Assembly: GCA_023269615.1 (NCBI GenBank)
Contig: JAHFSY010000006.1
Coordinates: 11,033-75,032, forward strand
Direction: 5' to 3'
Length of the DNA: 64,000 nt
Source: Verrucomicrobiota bacterium
GTDB lineage: Bacteria; Verrucomicrobiota; Verrucomicrobiia; JABWAM01
The first letter of the stretch is position 1, and each line of letters begins with the position of its first letter. The position numbers and the translations under genes are program-made. This document shows, piece after piece, positions 54,961-63,254 of the stretch. Below the pieces are notes generated by a model, which ran no database searches, had not been told where the DNA came from, and was given only the letters and a program-made list of their open reading frames with translations.

Positions 54961-55938
54961 TCAGGAACCGTGCGGATCGTTCGTGCGACGGAACGTGAAC
55001 TCGGTTTCCGTCTTCACGGTTTTCCCATCCACTTCGAGAACTGGATAAACCAGGAAATTGATCGCTCCTCCGGCGGGTCCTGGTTCCACGACCAAATCGC
55101 GCCCCGTGCTGAACTCGAAACGGTTGGCGGGATGGTGGCCAAAATAGTAAGCCGCCATTTTTGGATGTTTTGCCGCCTCGCTGATATCGACTGGAATCCA
55201 GCGCCCGTCCGCAAGGAATTCCGCCCAGCAATGATAGCCCCCAATGACCCCGTCGTTCTTGTCGGCCGGAATCGTGGCGCCAATCTCAAAGCGCGCGGGA
55301 ATGCCGGCGGCGCGTGCGAGTGCGATGAAGTAGGCGTGAAAATCCGTGCAGTTTCCGGCCCGGGCTTCGCAGGCATGGACGGCGTCACCATAGCCCCATC
55401 CCGTGCCGCTTTTATCGTAACGCATGCGCTGCCGCACATGGTCGTAAAGCGCCCGCCCACGCTCCAGGTCTCCCTTCTTCCCTCGCACCGCTTCCAGCGC
55501 GAGGCCGCGAAAGGTTTTATTCACCGGCACGAGGTGGTCCGGACGCAGATAACGGGACGGATCGGAAGCCTTGTCATCATCGTAGGAGGTCTTTTCAAGG
55601 CGCTTCACCTGATATGTTACCTCGATGATCCCGTCGCTCTCGTCCGAGCCCGGAGCTAGGAACAGGATGTCATTGCCGTAGTCGCGATCACCCAGCTTTT
55701 TCCACCGCCCTGGAGCCGTGATCTTCTTCACCTTCACGGTCTGGTAGGAATCCGATTTCGCAAGTGGCATCCACAGGCGTCCAGCCCCGGCGATCCTGGG
55801 CAGCTTCACCCGATAGACGAATTCAAACTGGTCGGTTCCGTGCACCATTTCCGACTCGTCCGTCGGAGCGGCTGCGACCGTTTCCATTCGGAAAAGAGAC
55901 AGGAAACCAACGAGGATGAGGGCGTGGGCGACCGACAT
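54961..55938 (-). CDS. exported transglutaminase-like (Cys-protease-fold) protein
   Basis: Signal peptide MSVAHALILVGFLSLFRMETVAAAP. Transglutaminase core GNCTDFHAYFIALARAAGIPARF...GYHCWAEF...WIPVD (Cys-His-Asp). Confidence 0.75.
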   Translation of the reverse strand: MSVAHALILVGFLSLFRMETVAAAPTDESEMVHGTDQFEFVYRVKLPRIAGAGRLWMPLAKSDSYQTVKVKKITAPGRWKKLGDRDYGNDILFLAPGSDESDGIIEVTYQVKRLEKTSYDDDKASDPSRYLRPDHLVPVNKTFRGLALEAVRGKKGDLERGRALYDHVRQRMRYDKSGTGWGYGDAVHACEARAGNCTDFHAYFIALARAAGIPARFEIGATIPADKNDGVIGGYHCWAEFLADGRWIPVDISEAAKHPKMAAYYFGHHPANRFEFSTGRDLVVEPGPAGGAINFLVYPVLEVDGKTVKTETEFTFRRTNDPHGS

Positions 55939-56049
55939 GCCTCCTGCTTGGACTCCCTTTCTGGCAAAGTCAATTCACTTTGGGCGCCGCTCACCCGGCC
56001 GTCAGGAAATGCTCTTGACTGCCCAAATACAAATCAAAAGAGTGAGGGG

Positions 56050-57681
56050 ATGGAGCGTTGGAAACCGGATTCGGAAGTTCTTGGAAAGGGGGGCACAGCC
56101 GGCGTTTCCAGCCCGAAAGCTTCGGCAGCACCCCCGTCGGATGGAGTTGACGACGAAAGCTTGTTTGGGTCGCAAACGGGGTCATTCAGTTTTTACGTCC
56201 TGGTTCCGGAAACCTCGTTCGCGATCGCCTTCGTGGGGGGCATCGTGGGATCCATCATCGTCGGTGTGATCATATCAAAAATCCGGTCCATGGATGATGG
56301 GCTTGCTGTTGGGCTCAGTGGAAGCATTCTCACGTTCCTGGTGGTGGTGGTAACTTATTTTATTCTTAGATTTCGCAAAGTTTCTGTCTTGATGTTTGAG
56401 CACGGCGTCGAATTTGTCCGGGCAAAACGCAGGACGAGGATGCACGTGCTGGAAATCCGTGATCTCCGCCTGGCGGAATATCCGGGCGTCCGAAGTGGTG
56501 CGGGGATGGATCGCAAATTGAAGCTCGCCACCGAAACGTTTCGAATGGGATTGGAATCGCGAACCCTGCTTTCAGCGACGGACCCGCTACTTGATCTCCA
56601 TCAATTCCTGGCTTCGAAATGCGCAACGGTTTTCACGGTGTTTGCGGAACGGGGAAGGGTGCTTCGCGGCCAGGGCTGGGTGTTGTCAAAGGCTGGCCTG
56701 GCCGTCCCGGATCGAAACGAAGTGCTTTCCCTGACGCAGATTGATTTTGTGGGCGAGTTTGACGGGAAAGTGGGGTTTTATAGAAAAGGGGAACAGGAGC
56801 CTTGCGTTGCGTTTCCTTCAACAAGTTCCAACATCCATGTTCTGATGGAGATTGTCAGGAACGCCCTGAAGGCGCAGAACCGGACGCGAGAGGCATCTTT
56901 CGCATCGGGAAATCTGGGGCGTGTATTGTTTAGCAAGATGCTGCTTGGTCCGAAGCTGGGCTGGTTGAAGGTTGTCTCCTGGATGCTGGTTTTGTTTGCG
57001 GCATGGCTCATCGGTTTTGGAATTTCCGCCGGACTGAGAGAATGGCTTTTCGGTTTCAAGGGCCCTCCCAATGCCTTGGTTGACTGGACCATCACGCTCC
57101 TGCCCCAGGCGGCCTCATTCACGGGCATGATTTTTCTGATGCGAATGGGGGAGCGCTGTGTCTTGAGGTGCCATGAGAAGGGGATTTTTCGAAAGACCAT
57201 GTTTTCGGAGCGCGAGTTGCGTTATGAGGAGATGACCGCATTTACCCACAAGATGACCAAAACGTACTACCACGGCGTCTATGCGGGCACCTCGTTGTCC
57301 ATGGTGTTTGAATGCGAGCCCAGAAAAATCAAGATTCGTTATTCCGCTAGTGTTCGCGGAGCGGATGCCGATTTGGACAAATTGAGGGACGAGGTTTCCC
57401 TTCACGTCGCCCGACACCTCCTTTCCGAGATCAAGGCGGGAAAGAAGGTTCTTTGGGGGAAGGTGCAAATGCAGGAAGAGGGCTTTGTCCTCCCCCGGAG
57501 CAGATGGAAACCCTCTGCCACCCCCGTAACGGTGCGGTTTGCTGACGTCCGGTTTGTTGTGCAAAACGGGTCACTCTATCTTTTCTGGAGTGGAGGCAAG
57601 AAGTCAGACCTTGCCATCGTGTGCGGCGCGAGGAACTTCTGGCCCTGCTTTCTCATCATGCAGGGAACCGTGAAAGGCTGA
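56050..57681 (+). CDS. hypothetical membrane protein with internal duplication (2 x [2 TM + soluble domain of about 170 aa])
   Basis: GAGGGG sits before ATG 56050. Two TM pairs (about aa 45-100 and 345-400) are each followed by similar segments (SVLMFEHGVEFVRAKRR...LEIRDL versus CVLRCHEKGIFRKTMFS...YEEMTAF). No family recognised. Confidence 0.55.
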   Translation: MERWKPDSEVLGKGGTAGVSSPKASAAPPSDGVDDESLFGSQTGSFSFYVLVPETSFAIAFVGGIVGSIIVGVIISKIRSMDDGLAVGLSGSILTFLVVVVTYFILRFRKVSVLMFEHGVEFVRAKRRTRMHVLEIRDLRLAEYPGVRSGAGMDRKLKLATETFRMGLESRTLLSATDPLLDLHQFLASKCATVFTVFAERGRVLRGQGWVLSKAGLAVPDRNEVLSLTQIDFVGEFDGKVGFYRKGEQEPCVAFPSTSSNIHVLMEIVRNALKAQNRTREASFASGNLGRVLFSKMLLGPKLGWLKVVSWMLVLFAAWLIGFGISAGLREWLFGFKGPPNALVDWTITLLPQAASFTGMIFLMRMGERCVLRCHEKGIFRKTMFSERELRYEEMTAFTHKMTKTYYHGVYAGTSLSMVFECEPRKIKIRYSASVRGADADLDKLRDEVSLHVARHLLSEIKAGKKVLWGKVQMQEEGFVLPRSRWKPSATPVTVRFADVRFVVQNGSLYLFWSGGKKSDLAIVCGARNFWPCFLIMQGTVKG

Positions 57682-57827
57682 TTGGGGAGACCCTTGCCAA
57701 TGGATATCGCGGTTTCGATCTCCTCCATTTGGCCACATCCCTGCATTTGGGCGCGCGAGAGTTTCTGACCTTCGACGCCAACCAGAAAAAACTCGCCCGG
57801 GCGGAGGGGCTGCGGACACCTCTTTGA
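57678..57827 (+). pseudogene. C-terminal remnant of a PIN-domain (VapC-like) toxin gene
   Basis: GYRGFDLLHLATSLHLGAREFLTFDANQKKLARAEGL matches the last ~45 aa of VapC/PIN proteins. The N-terminal two thirds are absent; a stop lies upstream in this frame and the region is occupied by another CDS. Confidence 0.5.
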
Positions 57828-57832
57828 GGGGA

Positions 57833-57858
57833 GCATTCAGCATTCAGCGATCAGCCGA
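57833..57858. repeat. tandem heptamer block (GCATTCA GCATTCA GCGATCA GCCGAT)
   Basis: Related to selB block A (ATCAGCGATCAGC). Confidence 0.75.
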
Positions 57859-57971
57859 TATCGCTCTTCGTCTCTCGTTCAAGGTCGGGCCAAGCCGCTT
57901 GAATTCCATCACAAACGGGTTAGATTAGGAGTCAGCCTGCGAATGGGAAATCGTTTGCCTGGCAATACCTC

Positions 57972-58853
57972 ATGGCGTCCCTTCTTCCATCGCGCGGGTT
58001 GTTCGCCGTGGCGCTCCTGTGGGTCACATGGAACGCGCAGGCGGCTCCGGTTTCGGAGAAGGAGCGGGCCGGGGCGAAGAAGTTGATCCAGGAAATCATG
58101 GAACATCCCGTGGCTTACACTCAAATGTGCGGGGCGCCCACCCTGCCAGCGGAAGAGGTGAGCCTTTGCGGATTTCATCGCTGGGATGGATTTATCGCCG
58201 TCAAGGATTTCAAGCGCCTGCGCGACGCGAGGGAATCTGTGATCGCCGTCATTATTCAGAATTTTGAGGTCATACTCCAGCGCAAAGAGTTTGCCCTGAA
58301 CGTGATGGTCCACAAGATGGAGGACGATTATGAAAGCCAGATGATGATGCTCATTGATCTCAACGGCGTGGAGGCGCTGCCTTCGATGGTCCGGTTGCTG
58401 GACGCCGTGGAGGAAAAGCAGGGGGCGATTCAACGGACTCCTCCTCGCAAGGATGTTTATGATTCTGTGCCAAGTCAGGTTGCCGACCTCCGTTCCGCAA
58501 TCCTGAGCACCATCTTCGCCATTCTTCGGCAGGAACGCTACGAACCGCTTTTGAAATCCGAGATGGAAGGCAAACACAAGAAGTGGATTGAGCAGAATCG
58601 GGACGATCTCTTGAAAAACATGACGGAAAGGGAGTTGAAGGGGCGCATTGAAAAGGGAGAATTTGACTTCTGCAGGGTGGACCCGATTTACAATATCCCG
58701 TGCCGCTACTTTATGGGAAATGGTTGCACGGTACCCCTTACGCCCGAACTCTCGAAAACCATCCGGAGCTGGGCGAGCGATTATCTGGCCAAGACTCCGG
58801 AGAAGCAGCGCAAGGGGGTGACCGGGATGTCGCCCCGTCCGATCATGCGATGA
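57972..58853 (+). CDS. hypothetical secreted protein
   Basis: Signal peptide MASLLPSRGLFAVALLWVTWNAQAAP. ATGA overlap with the downstream FGE-family gene. No family recognised. Confidence 0.55.
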   Translation: MASLLPSRGLFAVALLWVTWNAQAAPVSEKERAGAKKLIQEIMEHPVAYTQMCGAPTLPAEEVSLCGFHRWDGFIAVKDFKRLRDARESVIAVIIQNFEVILQRKEFALNVMVHKMEDDYESQMMMLIDLNGVEALPSMVRLLDAVEEKQGAIQRTPPRKDVYDSVPSQVADLRSAILSTIFAILRQERYEPLLKSEMEGKHKKWIEQNRDDLLKNMTERELKGRIEKGEFDFCRVDPIYNIPCRYFMGNGCTVPLTPELSKTIRSWASDYLAKTPEKQRKGVTGMSPRPIMR

Positions 58854-59869
58854 ACGTGAACCGAACTTCCATGGCGTTGAAGCTCGCCGGTGCGGCAGCC
58901 CTTCTGGCCGTGTTGATGATCACCGCCATCCTTCTCCTGAGCGAGCCCAAGGCACCGGTCGCGGCGTCGATTCCGAAAATCGATCTCGCCGAACCCCCCA
59001 TGCAGCAGATGTGCAATACCGATTCTAAAATCGATCTGGCTGAAGCCATCACGCTCCAGATGTGCAAAAGACCTCTGGCTTCTGAAACACCCGACAACGG
59101 GCATGTGTTTGTGCGCGTTCCAGCCGGAACATATTCTCTTGGCGAAAAAGAACACCGGCGCAATCCGCGTCATGCGGTGAAACTCAAGGCATTTGAAATC
59201 GCCACGACCGAGACGACCAATGCGCAGTTTGCACGATTTGTGAAGGCGACCGGATATGTGACGGATGCCGAGAAGAATGGCGAGGCGCCTTCGTTTCACG
59301 AAGGGATGATGGATTGGGAGTGGACGCCGACGAAGGGGGCGTACTGGCGTTTTCCATTTGGGCCTGAGCGACCGGGTATCGAGGACAAGATGGATCATCC
59401 CGTCACGCAGATCAGCGCCACGGATGCGGAGGCTTATTGCAGGTGGGCGGGAGTCCGTCTGCCGATGCTTGATGAATGGGAGGCGGCGGCGCGCGCGGGC
59501 AGTGACACCCTTTATCCGTGGGGCGACGAAAAGATGCCCAAGGGAAAACCGATGGCGAATTTCTGGCAGGGAAAGACCCACGCGAAGAACACGATGGAGG
59601 ACGGATTTCTTTACACGGCGCCGGTGGGTTCGTTTCCGCCGAACAAGTGGGGCTTGTACGATGTGGTTGGCAACGTGTTCGAGTATTGCACAAGCGACCC
59701 GATGCCGGCCTGGGTGCATTCGAAAAATGCCTGCGTGGGACGTGGCGGATCGTGGTGGTGCTCGAGCGGCACGTGCTCGTTTTTCAACCTCGTGGATATC
59801 GGACAGATGAACAGGAAGGCGTCATTCCCCAACCAGGGATTCCGCGTTGCGCGAGATGCTAAAAAGTAG
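58850..59869 (+). CDS. formylglycine-generating-enzyme (SUMF1/FGE) family protein, membrane-anchored
   Basis: TM anchor LAGAAALLAVLMITAILLL. FGE-sulfatase motifs FEIATTETTNAQFARFV, RLPMLDEWEAAAR, YPWGD, GNVFEYC and RGGSWW. Confidence 0.8.
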   Translation: MNVNRTSMALKLAGAAALLAVLMITAILLLSEPKAPVAASIPKIDLAEPPMQQMCNTDSKIDLAEAITLQMCKRPLASETPDNGHVFVRVPAGTYSLGEKEHRRNPRHAVKLKAFEIATTETTNAQFARFVKATGYVTDAEKNGEAPSFHEGMMDWEWTPTKGAYWRFPFGPERPGIEDKMDHPVTQISATDAEAYCRWAGVRLPMLDEWEAAARAGSDTLYPWGDEKMPKGKPMANFWQGKTHAKNTMEDGFLYTAPVGSFPPNKWGLYDVVGNVFEYCTSDPMPAWVHSKNACVGRGGSWWCSSGTCSFFNLVDIGQMNRKASFPNQGFRVARDAKK

Positions 59870-59924
59870 CTGCGATCGCAAGAGCGCAGCCGGCTGCCGA
59901 TGATGTGGAATTTCGGAAGGTTCT

Positions 59925-60081
59925 CGCAAAGACGCAAAGGCGCAAAGTTTCTGTAAGCTGTTCCGGAGCCACGGTCCCAAGCGTGCCATCGCGGTGGAAA
60001 GCAGCGCTTTCCACCGCGATGGCACGCTTTGCTGCTCTTCGGAGTCCCCTCTTCCAAACTTTGCGCCTTTGCGTCTTTGCG
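59925..60081. repeat. nested inverted-repeat element (26-bp outer IR, 22-bp inner perfect hairpin)
   Basis: Outer pair CGCAAAGACGCAAAGGCGCAAAGTTT (59925..59950) / AAACTTTGCGCCTTTGCGTCTTTGCG (60056..60081). Inner pair GCGTGCCATCGCGGTGGAAAGC (59981..60002) / GCTTTCCACCGCGATGGCACGC (60006..60027). Lies between convergent genes. Confidence 0.85.
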
Positions 60082-60106
60082 CGAAACCCTCCGAAAATCG
60101 GGAGCT

Positions 60107-61192
60107 TTATGCCTTCGCTTTGGATGCGGCTTGCGCGGCTTCGGCTTCCTTGGGGGCGAGGCGTTTGGCGTGGATGGCGGCGACGATTTTTTCGGTGATG
60201 GGCGGGTTTTCCTTGAGGAAAAGCCTGGCGGCCTCGCGTCCCTGCCCGATCATTTCGCCACCGAAGGCGAGCCACGCGCCTTTCTTCTCGACGACGTCGA
60301 TCTCCGTGGCGAGGTCGAGAACGGAGTTCTCCCTGGAAATTCCCTCGTTGTAGAGGATGTCGAATTCGCATTCCGTGAATGGCGCCGCGACTTTGTTTTT
60401 GACGACCTTCACCTTGACGTGGTTGCCGACGACGGTTCCCACCGGGTCCTTGATCTGGTCCTTGCGGCGGATGTCGAGCCGCACGGAGGCGTAGAATTTC
60501 AGGGCCCTGCCGCCGGGCTGTGTTTCCGGGCTGCCGTACATGACGCCGATTTTTTCGCGGATCTGGTTGGTGAAGAGGAGGCAGGTCTTGGACTTGTGGA
60601 GGGCGCCGGTCAATTTGCGCATGGCCTGCGACATGAGCCGCGCCTGGGCCCCGACGGTGGCGTCGCCCATCTGGCCTTCGAGTTCGGCGCGCGGCGTGAG
60701 GGCCGCCACGGAATCCACGACGATGACGTCGAGGGCGTTCGAGCGGATCAACGTCTCCGCGATCGTGAGAGCCTCTTCGCCCGAGCCGGGCTGGGAGAGG
60801 AGAAGGTCCTTCATGTTCACGCCGATGCGGGTGGCGTAGGCGGTGTCAATGGCATGCTCGGCGTCAATGAACGCCGCGAGTCCGCCGGTGGTCTGTGCGT
60901 TCTTGATGATGTGGAGCATGAGCGTGGTCTTGCCCGAGGATTCGGGGCCGTAGATTTCGACGATGCGTCCGCGGGGAACACCGCCGGTGCCCAGCGCGAT
61001 GTCGAGCGTAAGCGAGCCCGTGGGGATCACCTGGATGGGGATCTTGGCGTGCCCATCGCCGAGGCGCATGATGGCGCCGTCGCCGAACTGCTTGGTGATG
61101 GAACTCAGCGCCGCATCGAGTTCCCGACTGCGGGTGGCGGCGGCTTTGGAATGTTCGTCGGTGTTTTTATCAGAGGCAGATGCTTTGGCCAT
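60107..61192 (-). CDS. recA: recombinase RecA
   Basis: GPESSGKTT Walker [47 protein letters not shown]. Confidence 0.95.
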   Translation of the reverse strand: MAKASASDKNTDEHSKAAATRSRELDAALSSITKQFGDGAIMRLGDGHAKIPIQVIPTGSLTLDIALGTGGVPRGRIVEIYGPESSGKTTLMLHIIKNAQTTGGLAAFIDAEHAIDTAYATRIGVNMKDLLLSQPGSGEEALTIAETLIRSNALDVIVVDSVAALTPRAELEGQMGDATVGAQARLMSQAMRKLTGALHKSKTCLLFTNQIREKIGVMYGSPETQPGGRALKFYASVRLDIRRKDQIKDPVGTVVGNHVKVKVVKNKVAAPFTECEFDILYNEGISRENSVLDLATEIDVVEKKGAWLAFGGEMIGQGREAARLFLKENPPITEKIVAAIHAKRLAPKEAEAAQAASKAKA

Positions 61193-61298
61193 GGGAATTT
61201 CCTTGTTGTGTGATGGAAAATCACAGCGTAGCCGCTCCGCCTGAAAACCGTCAAACCTTCTTATTGCGGACGATATACTCTTTCAGAACATTGCTGAA

Positions 61299-61399
61299 GG
61301 TAGGGCGCGATCGCCGAGCGCGCCGATGTGGTGGCTCATGGAATGCGAACATGTGATTTCGAATGAGAACGACGGCGCGCTCGGCGATCGCGCCCTACC
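61299..61399. repeat. REP-like hairpin with 27-bp perfect arms (GGTAGGGCGCGATCGCCGAGCGCGCCG ... CGGCGCGCTCGGCGATCGCGCCCTACC)
   Basis: Arms at 61299..61325 and 61373..61399 with a 47-nt loop. Same GTAGG...CCTAC end style as 7493..7563. Confidence 0.85.
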
Positions 61400-61421
61400 T
61401 CCGAATCCGGACAGCGCGTGG

Positions 61422-61994
61422 TTACAGCGCCGCGAGGATGGCGCTGAGGACTTTCATCGGCTGCTGCGTGGCGTCCACGGTGACGGTAAGGTCCTTGCCA
61501 TAATAATCCAGAATGGGACGCGACTCGCTTTCATAGACATCGAGGCGGGTGCGGATGGTTTCCTCATTGGCGTCGTCGAGGCGGTTGTCCTTGAGCGCGC
61601 GGCGCTTGAGGCGCTCGACGAGTTTGCTGCGGTCGGGGCAGGTGAGGTGAAACAGTTTTTTCACCTCGATGCGGTCGGTCATGATTTTTGCCTGCTGCAC
61701 GTTGCGCGGGATGCCATCGAGCACGAGGGTGTCGCGCGAGGGGTCGAAGCGCTTGGTGCTTGTCATGCCCTCGATGGCGTTGTGCCAGAGGCGGACGGTG
61801 AATTCATCGGGGACGAGCGCGCCCTTGCTGGAGTATTCGAGGAAGATGCGCCCCACTTCGCTGGAGAGGTCGAGGCTTCGGAAGACATCGCCGCACGCGC
61901 AGTGAAAATAACCCGGCACCTGGCCCAGGATTTTTCCCTGGGTGCCCTTGCCGCTGCCGGGCGCGCCGAAAATGAGGACGGTGTTCAGCTTCAT
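61422..61994 (-). CDS. adk: adenylate kinase
   Basis: P-loop IFGAPGSGKGTQ, LVLDGIPRNVQQA, and a short-lid type. ATG 61994 chosen. Confidence 0.85.
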   Translation of the reverse strand: MKLNTVLIFGAPGSGKGTQGKILGQVPGYFHCACGDVFRSLDLSSEVGRIFLEYSSKGALVPDEFTVRLWHNAIEGMTSTKRFDPSRDTLVLDGIPRNVQQAKIMTDRIEVKKLFHLTCPDRSKLVERLKRRALKDNRLDDANEETIRTRLDVYESESRPILDYYGKDLTVTVDATQQPMKVLSAILAAL

Positions 61995-62060
61995 CCGTTC
62001 TTTCCTGTTATCTTTTCCCGATCTTGAAGGCAACAGAAAATCATGGACTTTTGCGCCGGC

Positions 62061-62846
62061 TCAATCCTCCTCGGCCCCTTCGCTGCCCTCGGGGCGGAGT
62101 TTCATGCGGCAGGCGTTGGAAGCCAGGATGAAGAAAATGGTGTAGCACATGAAATAGACCAGGCCGTAATTGACATGGTTGAAGCGGATGGTCCCGTAGG
62201 TCGCGATGATGATGCAGCCCGGCGTCAGGGAGAAAATGGCGATGTTGAACAGTTGCGGGAATGTGAAGTTCGGGGCCAGGGTGCGCTCCATGAAGCCGGA
62301 GAGCGACGAGAAGAAGAATGCCTGGAGCAATCCCACCAGCAGGATGCCCAGCCAGAAGAGCACGAACACAATGGGGGTGGCCATGAGCGTTTCACGCTGG
62401 ATCTCCTCCAGGTAGGCACGGTTCACAGTGCCGTCCGGCAGTCCCATCCAGCGTTGTTTCAACGTGGGATAACCCTCCTTCCAGAATATCATCTCGTTTC
62501 TGCGGATGACGATGCCGGCGGGAAAGTCTTTTTCCACGGTTTTCAGCGTGTCCTTCAAGTCCAGGATCATGGGGAACTGGTTGGTGTTGGAAAAGTAGGG
62601 CTGGGGAAGCGAGGAATACGCAACGCCGTTGGAGAGGCTGAATTCGGGCAGATATTTCTCGGCGCTCTCGACCACGGGTGGAAATCCGGTTTCAAAGAAT
62701 TCGATGGCATTGAAGAGGGCAACCGCTCCGAGGATCGCCGAGAGCATCGCCCAATAACCCAGGGCGCGCCACATCGGCAGGTCGAGAAATTCAACATACG
62801 TGCGGAACCCGCTGCACGAAAGCCAGATGTACCGGAGAAAAGTCAT
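62061..62846 (-). CDS. DUF1189-like membrane protein
   Basis: One N-terminal TM segment, a soluble loop of about 110 aa, then four TM segments. This architecture resembles DUF1189. Tentative. Confidence 0.5.
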   Translation of the reverse strand: MTFLRYIWLSCSGFRTYVEFLDLPMWRALGYWAMLSAILGAVALFNAIEFFETGFPPVVESAEKYLPEFSLSNGVAYSSLPQPYFSNTNQFPMILDLKDTLKTVEKDFPAGIVIRRNEMIFWKEGYPTLKQRWMGLPDGTVNRAYLEEIQRETLMATPIVFVLFWLGILLVGLLQAFFFSSLSGFMERTLAPNFTFPQLFNIAIFSLTPGCIIIATYGTIRFNHVNYGLVYFMCYTIFFILASNACRMKLRPEGSEGAEED

Positions 62847-62921
62847 GGCCGGCTAGAATCCAGAAATGGGGTGCGGTAATCCAGAACATTCAGTTGTGCA
62901 GACGCGGCCGCATGGGATGGA

Positions 62922-63143
62922 TCATCCCTTTTCAGGAGGCTCCTTCTTTTCCTCCCCTGCCTTCCGCGTCTTCCACACCCCAAGGCGGACGCTCTGCCAG
63001 AGCACGAAGGCCCAGCCGATGACGAACACGGGCAGGAAATACCAGAGCTGGAACGCGGCCAGCACCAGGAGAAATGCGACGAGGCTGAGCGTGAAGCATC
63101 CCCCGACGACCACGTTTTCCTTGAACTGGCGGCTCGGCGGCAT
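62922..63143 (-). CDS. small membrane protein (2 TM)
   Basis: Two hydrophobic helices (GGCFTLSLVAFLLVLAAF, YFLPVFVIGWAFVLW) and a charged tail. Confidence 0.4.
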   Translation of the reverse strand: MPPSRQFKENVVVGGCFTLSLVAFLLVLAAFQLWYFLPVFVIGWAFVLWQSVRLGVWKTRKAGEEKKEPPEKG

Positions 63144-63254
63144 GCCGATACTTCAAAGCATGTGCAGGCCCGTTCGCCAAACCTTTTCCATCCGGCATCA
63201 AAACCGCCATCGGCCGGGCGTTGACACCCTCGTGATCTTCGGTATCGTGCCGGA

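Noticed and set aside
60029-61213. 394-aa plus-strand ORF opposite recA
   Set aside because: recA on the minus strand is unambiguous. The plus-frame translation is Gly/Asp/Val/Arg-rich with no motifs.
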